From the NCBI GenBank assembly GCA_013414795.1, contig CP058732.1, positions 1,097,744 through 1,161,743 on the forward strand: a stretch of DNA of 64,000 nucleotides. The letters run 5' to 3'. Below are positions 57,401-64,000 of the stretch, piece after piece. Position numbers and translations under genes: made by a program. This DNA comes from Candidatus Kapaibacterium sp. (GTDB lineage Bacteria > Bacteroidota > Ignavibacteria > Kapaibacteriales > UBA2268). Within the stretch, counting starts at the first letter, position 1. The number at the start of each line of letters is the position of its first letter. The notes under the pieces were generated by a model that was not told the origin of the DNA, searched no databases, and saw only the letters and a list, made by a program, of their open reading frames with translations.

Positions 57401-59128
57401 TTATTTAACAAATTGTTCTGCATAGTGCTTGGGAGTCAGTTTTTCCCCGGTTGCCTTTTCAATCATATCATTCCAGAAATATTTTGCTCCGGGTGAAAAT
57501 ACATTATCGATGAGATATTTCCCTACTTCTTTCTTGTTGTAGAAACTATAATCTTGTCCGGGATTGCCCTTAAGTACATTGGTTACTATGTAATTGTATA
57601 GTTGAGAAGCGAGTAATTCTCCAAGTAGGTAGTTATGGTAGTAGCAAGGACTGGTTGCGATATGAATTTTTGTAGCCCAATCGGGTTCATTTCTTCCTTC
57701 TGGCTTTTTAAGTAATTGATACTTTTCGACGAGGTCCCACCACAGTTTATTTAAATCTTGGTCTGGGTTTTCATACATACTTTTTTCAAATCGGAACATA
57801 ACTTGGGACCAACGGCTGAAGACTAATTGTTGCAGACGCAAAGTTTTTCGTACCTCATCTTTTATTTTGTTCGCTTCGTCTTGTGATATGCAATTCATAT
57901 CGAGCATCCATTGTGGGTTTGTGGCGAATCTACCGAAAAGCATTGCAATTGCTTCTGTTGTGAAAATGTGGGCGGGAGTTTTCAAATCCCAGGGTAACTT
58001 CTCGTCGAGGTATTTTTCGTAAAGTGCGTGACCATTTTCGTGAAGAGTAGTTTCCATCCAGCGTGCATTCGGCTTGATATTGCACAAGATTCTAATGTCT
58101 TTAGCATCACGGTCTATGTTGATACAGAAAGCGTGTTGGTTTTTATTTTCTCTTTCATAAAGGTCGCTTCTTGCAATTATGTCATCTATTGGCAATCCAA
58201 TAGAAGCATAATAATCCTTTGCCAGTTTTACAATGTCTTTATCTTGGTAATATTTATCTACATCGACATCATAAATTTTTGGTGCTTCTTGGAAGAAGCG
58301 ATTTTGATAGTGCCACGGCATTAACTCTTCTGGTTTGATTTTGTATCGCTTTGCAAGCACTTCGTCCATAAGTTGTTTTTCCTTTTTAAAAGCATCACGG
58401 GTAAGATTATCCAATTCATCGAATAGTTTCTCTATTTCTGCGGGGTCTTGTTCGCTCAATCGTAGGCTCATATCGTGATAGTTCTTGAAACCAAGTTGGC
58501 GGGCTACTTCGTTGCGAAGTTTGACGAGTTTCAAAATATCCTCGGCAACCAGACGCCCGATTTGCTTTTGCGATTCCCAAACTTCTTTCAGTTCCTTGCT
58601 ATTCGTCGAAGTTTTTAAAATTTCTTCTACATCATTATCCGAAAGCTTCTTGTTTTTATAAATTGTTCTGTATGATGAATATTTGTTTTCGATTTCACTT
58701 TGAAGTTTTGTGATTTGATTGAGTTTTGCGGTATCGACTTGTTTGCCAAGAAATGTTAGATATAAGACTTCGATTCTTCGCTTCTTAATTGGGTCGTCGA
58801 TTAAGTTCGATTCCTTGATTTTCTTAATTCGTTCGAAAAGATTTTTATTCGAAAGGATTTCGTTGACTTTCATTTCCAGTTTTGCGTATTTTTCCCAATT
58901 CTCTGGGGTGCTGTTTGTCGCTGCAACGAAGTATTGAAGAGACATTTCACGATAGGCTGGAATCATCAGCGATTCGTATTCTGAAATCACTTGTTCATAC
59001 TCTTTTTCCATTTTTGCTTTCTCCTCTTTGTTTACCTTCTCTTTACTGCATCCAATAGAAAATAAGACGACAATTAGTGCTAACAAGAAACTGGCTTTTT
59101 TCATAATTTTTCCAATTTTGTTGAACAA
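57401..59128 (-). CDS. lipoprotein zinc metallopeptidase, HExxH clan MA (M32 carboxypeptidase-Taq-like / M2-like)
   Basis: Lipobox-like 'LFSIGCSK'. 'TTLHENGHALYEKY' resembles the M32 'HESGHALYEQ' zinc site. Confidence 0.55.
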   Translation of the reverse strand: MFNKIGKIMKKASFLLALIVVLFSIGCSKEKVNKEEKAKMEKEYEQVISEYESLMIPAYREMSLQYFVAATNSTPENWEKYAKLEMKVNEILSNKNLFERIKKIKESNLIDDPIKKRRIEVLYLTFLGKQVDTAKLNQITKLQSEIENKYSSYRTIYKNKKLSDNDVEEILKTSTNSKELKEVWESQKQIGRLVAEDILKLVKLRNEVARQLGFKNYHDMSLRLSEQDPAEIEKLFDELDNLTRDAFKKEKQLMDEVLAKRYKIKPEELMPWHYQNRFFQEAPKIYDVDVDKYYQDKDIVKLAKDYYASIGLPIDDIIARSDLYERENKNQHAFCINIDRDAKDIRILCNIKPNARWMETTLHENGHALYEKYLDEKLPWDLKTPAHIFTTEAIAMLFGRFATNPQWMLDMNCISQDEANKIKDEVRKTLRLQQLVFSRWSQVMFRFEKSMYENPDQDLNKLWWDLVEKYQLLKKPEGRNEPDWATKIHIATSPCYYHNYLLGELLASQLYNYIVTNVLKGNPGQDYSFYNKKEVGKYLIDNVFSPGAKYFWNDMIEKATGEKLTPKHYAEQFVK

Positions 59129-59255
59129 AAAAAAGAAAAATTAAAAAAAATTTGAAGAAATCGATAAAAGTATTTGGAAATTAAAATTGTTTAACTTAAA
59201 TTCGTATTGCAGCATAATGGGGATTTTCAACTAATCGGTAGGCAAGCTTAACTCT

Positions 59256-59984
59256 ATGAGTTGGGGGGGATTACATAAAGACTCTAATAAAAACTTTGGA
59301 AATAAACTTTCTATTTTTTCTCTTGTTTTGTTTTTATTTTTCATTTCCTCAATTATTCTTTTTGCCTTTTATTGGAACAACCAGAAAAAAATAAAACATT
59401 ATCACATTAGCAAAATGCGCTTTTATGACAAAAAGATTATAGATTCTATAATTGCAAGCAAGATTAATCAAAAAGATGTAATTGATGAATTAATTTCCCA
59501 AATTGAAAGAATTGAGTTTATATCTTATTGTAAGGTTTACAAAAAGGATTCTGAAACACTCGCTGTTGAAATTTACGAAAGGGAGCCACTCGCTTTATTT
59601 AAAGATACTGCTAATAATTTCTGGATTGTAACAACCGATTACAAAGTTATTTCATCAAACTTTTTGCTGTCCAAATCTTTTCCAATTATCAATGATAAAA
59701 TTGAACCCCAATTTGCTGTCCAAAAGAGTTATGAATTGCTATCATTTCTGAAAAAGATAAAACAAGATTATCCCGAAATTTATAATTGCACTGCTGAAAT
59801 AAAGAAAGAAGGCTCGAATTTTCATATCGTTATGAAAGGCACAAGGACAAACATTCTTCTTGAATCTTCTTCTTGTAGCGAAAAATTGCCATTGCTGACC
59901 GAATTGATTAGGAGGAGAGATTTTGGAAAATATTTCAAAAAAGAACTGGACTTGCGAATGGAAAATTTAATAGTTGTTAGATAG
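59256..59984 (+). CDS. ftsQ: cell division protein FtsQ (POTRA domain)
   Basis: Single N-terminal TM segment followed by a POTRA-like domain ('ISKMRFYDKKIIDSIIASKINQKDVIDELISQIERIEFIS…VEIYEREPLA'). Immediately upstream of ftsA. Confidence 0.7.
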   Translation: MSWGGLHKDSNKNFGNKLSIFSLVLFLFFISSIILFAFYWNNQKKIKHYHISKMRFYDKKIIDSIIASKINQKDVIDELISQIERIEFISYCKVYKKDSETLAVEIYEREPLALFKDTANNFWIVTTDYKVISSNFLLSKSFPIINDKIEPQFAVQKSYELLSFLKKIKQDYPEIYNCTAEIKKEGSNFHIVMKGTRTNILLESSSCSEKLPLLTELIRRRDFGKYFKKELDLRMENLIVVR

Positions 59985-59986
59985 AT

Positions 59987-61282
59987 ATGGAAAATCGTCA
60001 AAAAGGAAAAGAAAGCAAGCAGTCTGAAAAAATCAGTGTCGGTTTAGATATTGGCACTTGGAAGGTGTGTGCTGTTGTGCTTTCTCAAACGGACGGTAGT
60101 GAAATGCCAACAATTCTTGGCGTTGGAATTACAGAACGGAAGCGAAGTAAAGCCCGACACGGTCGTATAGATAATGTTGAAAATACAAAGTTGGATATTC
60201 GAGACGCAATCGATGCAGCAGTTCTTCAATCCAATGTTCAAATTTCTTCTGTAAATGTTGGATTAATGAACAAGTTGGTGAAGTTTCACGAAAGCCGAGG
60301 CTTGGTTTCGATAAGTTCAACGAATAAAATCATTTCTGAAAAGGATGTTCAAAGAGTGTTGGACGAAGCCCGATTAATCGATTTACCCACTGAATACCAG
60401 ATTATTCATATTTTACCACAAGAATTTATCATAAACAATAATATTCGAGAAATAGTCAATCCAGTTGGTATGAGTGGTAGCAAACTCGAAGTCGAGGCTA
60501 AAATTGTTTCTGCTTTGAGTATAGATATAAAAAACATTGGACTTTGCCTTGAACCCAACAATTTAGAGATTGAAAATATTGTATTACAACCATTGGGTAC
60601 TGGCTTGGCTGTTTTGGACGAAGACGAAATGGAATTGGGCGTTGCCGTTGTCGATGTTGGGGAATTATTCACAGAAATTGGTGTTTTTGTTGATGGTTTG
60701 TTGAAATTTGCTTCGACCATACCAGTAGGGGGTCGATACATTACCGAGGACATAAGGGTTTTGCTAAATACAGTTTTTTCACAAGCAGAAGAAATTAAGA
60801 AACAATATGGGCATTGTTATCTGCCAAGTCTTCACGAAGACAAACAGATTATGATAGCGGGGTCGAAGAGTCGGCGACCATTGACATTTATGAAAAGTCA
60901 ATTATGTAGAATTATCCAAGCACGAATGTCGGAGATTTTCAGATTAGCATCAGAAGAATTAAAGAAGTCTGGATTCGTTTCCAAACTTGGTGCTGGTATT
61001 GTTCTAACTGGTGGAACAATGATGATTGAAGGGGTCGAAGACCTCGGCGTTGAAGTTTTTGGGATGCCAGTGCGAATTGGATTACCATCGGATTTGAATT
61101 ATAGTGGTCTGACACAAGAAGTAAATAAACCATATTTCTCGACTGCGGTTGGGCTTGCTCTTTATGGTTTGAAGCATTCCAAGAATATTTCTTTTGAAAA
61201 AAATGGTGTGAACACAGATAGTAAAAATGAAAGCAAAAATAGTTTTTTCAATAAAATTGTAGAATTTTTTAAAAAAATTTAG
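59987..61282 (+). CDS. ftsA: cell division protein FtsA
   Basis: Actin-fold phosphate-1 'VGLDIGTWKVCAVV'. 'GIVLTGGTMMIEGVEDL' adenosine motif. Confidence 0.9.
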   Translation: MENRQKGKESKQSEKISVGLDIGTWKVCAVVLSQTDGSEMPTILGVGITERKRSKARHGRIDNVENTKLDIRDAIDAAVLQSNVQISSVNVGLMNKLVKFHESRGLVSISSTNKIISEKDVQRVLDEARLIDLPTEYQIIHILPQEFIINNNIREIVNPVGMSGSKLEVEAKIVSALSIDIKNIGLCLEPNNLEIENIVLQPLGTGLAVLDEDEMELGVAVVDVGELFTEIGVFVDGLLKFASTIPVGGRYITEDIRVLLNTVFSQAEEIKKQYGHCYLPSLHEDKQIMIAGSKSRRPLTFMKSQLCRIIQARMSEIFRLASEELKKSGFVSKLGAGIVLTGGTMMIEGVEDLGVEVFGMPVRIGLPSDLNYSGLTQEVNKPYFSTAVGLALYGLKHSKNISFEKNGVNTDSKNESKNSFFNKIVEFFKKI

Positions 61283-61290
61283 GGGGGGAT

Positions 61291-62610
61291 ATGATTGAAC
61301 TTGACAACTCTTTCGAAGAAATAACCAAAATTTCTGTTGTTGGGGTTGGCGGTGCTGGATGCAACGCCATTCAGAATCTCATCAATTTTGGCATTGATTC
61401 TGTTGACCTTATTGCAATCAATACCGATGCCAAGCAACTTCGTGTAAATTCTGCGCCCATTAAACTTATTATTGGTAAGACCAAAACTCGGGGGCAAGGT
61501 GCTGGTTCCAATCCCGAAGTTGGTCGCCAGGCAGCAGAAGAGGACTATCAAAACATCGTCGAACTGTTAAAAAACAAGGATATGGTTTTCATCACTGCTG
61601 GTATGGGTGGCGGAACTGGAACAGGAGCATCTCCTTTGGTTGCAAAAGCAGCAAAGGAGAATGGAGCACTTGTAGTTGGCATTGTTGTAACTCCTTTGAA
61701 CAACGAAGGAATTGAAAGGTGGGAGAATGCTTTCAAAGGGATTGAAAATCTGCGTAAACACCTTGATGGATTGATAATTATTTCCAATGAAAAGTTATCC
61801 AGAGTTTCAAAGGAGCAAAACCTGCCAGTTATGAAAGCATTTCAATATGCAGATAGGGTTGTCTACGATGCAACCAAAGGAATAATCGATTTAATAAACA
61901 GTGTTGGAGTAATCAATGTCGATTTTGCAGATGTTAGGACAGTTATACAAGGCAAAGGGGACGCTTTGATAGGAAAGGGAGTTGGGGAAGGTGAACAAAG
62001 GGCTCTTATGGCAGTGGAGTCTGCTTTGAATTCACCGCTACTGGAAGGAATTGATTTACGCAACGCACAAAGTGCTTTGGTTAATATCACTTTTGGCGAG
62101 GATTTCTACCACTACGAAGTCGACTTGATTTTGAACAAAATTAGAGAAGCAACGAATTCAAACTTAAACATAATTCACGGCTTGGTTGAAGATAACTCAA
62201 TGGGAAGTAATGTTGCCGTAACTGTGGTGATTACTGGGTTTACTAATTCATTCTTAAAAGAATACGAGGAAAAGAAGAAAATTTCTGTCAAAAAGGAAAA
62301 AATGCTAATCAAAGAAGATGAGTTTGTAAAAAATGATGCAGAGGTGAAAATCGCATTTGAACATACTTTAAATTACAAAACCCCCAAGGTTCCAGAAATC
62401 GATGAATTATCCGACGATTTGACGACACCTGCATTATTGCGTGAAGAGTACAAAAAAGTCAAAACTATTGAAGTGAATATCCCACCAAATGGACATCAAC
62501 CATACATCGTTAGGCATAATGAAATCGAAACTGAACAGAACGAGAAAGATGGAATTATTTTGAACCAAAACCAATCCAAAACTCCGTTTTTAAGTAGGCT
62601 GATGGACTAA
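61291..62610 (+). CDS. ftsZ: cell division GTPase FtsZ
   Basis: Tubulin signature '[11 protein letters not shown]…[12 protein letters not shown]'. Conserved C-terminal peptide '[11 protein letters not shown]'. Confidence 0.95.
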   Translation: MIELDNSFEEITKISVVGVGGAGCNAIQNLINFGIDSVDLIAINTDAKQLRVNSAPIKLIIGKTKTRGQGAGSNPEVGRQAAEEDYQNIVELLKNKDMVFITAGMGGGTGTGASPLVAKAAKENGALVVGIVVTPLNNEGIERWENAFKGIENLRKHLDGLIIISNEKLSRVSKEQNLPVMKAFQYADRVVYDATKGIIDLINSVGVINVDFADVRTVIQGKGDALIGKGVGEGEQRALMAVESALNSPLLEGIDLRNAQSALVNITFGEDFYHYEVDLILNKIREATNSNLNIIHGLVEDNSMGSNVAVTVVITGFTNSFLKEYEEKKKISVKKEKMLIKEDEFVKNDAEVKIAFEHTLNYKTPKVPEIDELSDDLTTPALLREEYKKVKTIEVNIPPNGHQPYIVRHNEIETEQNEKDGIILNQNQSKTPFLSRLMD

Positions 62611-62664
62611 TTGTTCTTTTTGCCTAAAAATTTTAATTTTGTAGGTTTGTAATAATTTATTGAT

Positions 62665-63513
62665 GTGAGCAACGTTTTTTCAATCGACGTAGAGGATTGG
62701 TATCATATTTTTAATATACCATCTGCTCCAAAGAGAGAGGATTGGGACAAAGTTCCATCCATTGTAGAATACAATTTCTTAAAACTTTTAGATATTTTAG
62801 ATTCGCAAAGTTCCAAATCGACTTGCTTTTTTCTTGGGTACGTTGGCAAAAGGTTTCCAAGAATAGTTATCGAAGCCAATCGCCGAGGTCACGAAGTTGC
62901 TTCTCACGGATTTTACCATCAGCCAGTCAACCAAATGTCACCAAAGGAATTCTACGAAGATTTGGTGAACAGCAAAAAACTTCTTGAAGACATATCTGGT
63001 AGTGTTGTACTCGGCTTTCGGGCTCCTTCGTTTACTGTTACCAACGAAAATCCTTGGTTTTTCGAAGTACTTGCAGACGCTGGATATAAATACGACTCCT
63101 CGGTTTTTCCCGCATTTAGATTTTCTCTGGGGGGAATGAAAAAGGGCAATCTGGCTCCCTATGAAATAATTTTGCAAAATGGGATTATAATCGAATTTCC
63201 AATCACTGTTGCAAAATTCCTTGGTTTAAGATTTTGTTTCACTGGGGGAGGTTATTTAAGACTTTTTCCATATCCCTTGATAAAATTTTTTAAGAAAAAA
63301 GTTGAAAATGAGAATAGACCATTAGTATTCTATATTCATCCTCGGGAAATCGACCCAATGCATCCAAGATTGAAAGCCAACTTTATAAAAAAATTTATGT
63401 CATATTACAATATTAAATCAACTGAAGAAAAAATTGTTAATCTAACCCGAGAAACTAAATTTGGTACTTTTAGAGATTTGTTGATCAATTATTTACAAAA
63501 AAATGGAAGATAA
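62665..63513 (+). CDS. polysaccharide deacetylase-family protein with DUF3473-type C-terminus (PEP-CTERM-locus subfamily-like)
   Basis: N-terminus 'NVFSIDVEDWYHIFNI' is the hallmark start of this NodB-like subfamily. Confidence 0.7.
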   Translation: MSNVFSIDVEDWYHIFNIPSAPKREDWDKVPSIVEYNFLKLLDILDSQSSKSTCFFLGYVGKRFPRIVIEANRRGHEVASHGFYHQPVNQMSPKEFYEDLVNSKKLLEDISGSVVLGFRAPSFTVTNENPWFFEVLADAGYKYDSSVFPAFRFSLGGMKKGNLAPYEIILQNGIIIEFPITVAKFLGLRFCFTGGGYLRLFPYPLIKFFKKKVENENRPLVFYIHPREIDPMHPRLKANFIKKFMSYYNIKSTEEKIVNLTRETKFGTFRDLLINYLQKNGR

Positions 63514-64000
63514 GCAAACATCCACATTTTTCGATTCTTATGCTGAAAAGTTTGATTCAATCTATCAGACAAAAAGAAGTTGGGTGAATTCCATCTTGAA
63601 CAGTTTGTTCAGAAAAAGTATGTTCCTTCGCTATAAATTAACTCTTGAGGGATGTAATCCGATTGAAGGAATGACAGTATTCGATATTGGTTGTGGGCCT
63701 GGTCATTATGCTATTGCTCTTGCAAAAATGGGTGCTAAGTTCGTTCTTGGAATTGATTTTGCAAGCAGTATGATTGAAATTGCAAAAGAGAGAGCAAAAT
63801 TTTATAATGTTGAGGAGCAGTGCCAATTTTTAGTAGCCGACTTTTTTGCTTTTGAACCGTCGGAAAAGTTCGATTATTCAATTGCTATGGGTTTTATGGA
63901 TTATATGCAGAACCCCAAAGAGGTGATAGAAAAAGTTGCAAAAGTTACCAAACGAAAGGCTTTTTTTAGTTTCCCTTCGGACAAAGGTTTTCTTGCCTGG
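63503..64000 (+). CDS. class I SAM-dependent methyltransferase (5' part; runs off window end)
   Basis: ATG at 63503 (frame 2) overlaps the deacetylase stop. Motif I 'VFDIGCGPGHYAIALAKMGAKFVLGIDF', motif II 'VADFFAFEP'. No stop before 64000. Confidence 0.6.
   Translation, partial: MEDKQTSTFFDSYAEKFDSIYQTKRSWVNSILNSLFRKSMFLRYKLTLEGCNPIEGMTVFDIGCGPGHYAIALAKMGAKFVLGIDFASSMIEIAKERAKFYNVEEQCQFLVADFFAFEPSEKFDYSIAMGFMDYMQNPKEVIEKVAKVTKRKAFFSFPSDKGFLAW

Noticed and set aside
1-64000. Searched for CRISPR repeats, integrases/transposases, toxin-antitoxin pairs, restriction-modification and known defence-system gene pairs
   Set aside because: No regularly spaced direct repeats. No recombinase/transposase-like ORFs. 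The methyltransferases present are small-molecule/rRNA class I enzymes without adjacent restriction or specificity subunits. The UvrD-like protein lacks Gabija/Hachiman-type partners.

Overview
This 64 kb window looks like chromosomal, mostly housekeeping DNA from a low-GC bacterium (roughly 35-40% GC by eye). The gene content points to an FCB-group lineage (Bacteroidota or Ignavibacteriota-like). The evidence is two proteins ending in type IX secretion (T9SS) C-terminal sorting domains, a TonB-dependent receptor, grpE-dnaJ without adjacent dnaK, and ftsQ-ftsA-ftsZ. I can support about 55 protein-coding genes, three tRNAs (Phe-GAA; Ser-CGA and Leu-CAG in tandem) and three clear rho-independent terminators. 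I see no CRISPR array, integrase, transposase, toxin-antitoxin pair or recognisable phage or defence island. Recognisable core genes are mrp/apbC (partial), CDF transporter, sppA, gmd-fcl, dnaJ, grpE, dnaA, pyrF, PPK2, rsmD, a fused E1 alpha/beta 2-oxoacid dehydrogenase, holB, dnaB, ruvA and ftsQAZ. The most unusual content is: (a) a tightly packed, overlapping four-gene unit PSP1/RicT-like -> ActD-like (DUF3341) membrane protein -> membrane-anchored monoheme cytochrome c -> 1222-aa propeller/T9SS surface protein; (b) a DprE1-like FAD oxidase next to a HAD-phosphatase::UbiA-prenyltransferase fusion, which implies a lipid-linked pentose pathway like the actinobacterial decaprenyl-phospho-arabinose route; (c) a small T9SS cargo protein built from thrombospondin-type-3-like calcium-binding repeats; (d) a solitary 1298-aa AddA-type helicase-nuclease whose start overlaps an M15 peptidase; (e) an ambiguous replication-origin location, with dnaA beside a 289-bp AT-rich spacer that shows no canonical DnaA boxes by eye, and a long run of minus-strand genes that switches to plus exactly at holB-dnaB. 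All functional calls come from motifs read directly in the translations. I ran no database search, and CDS coordinates are taken from the supplied ORF track.
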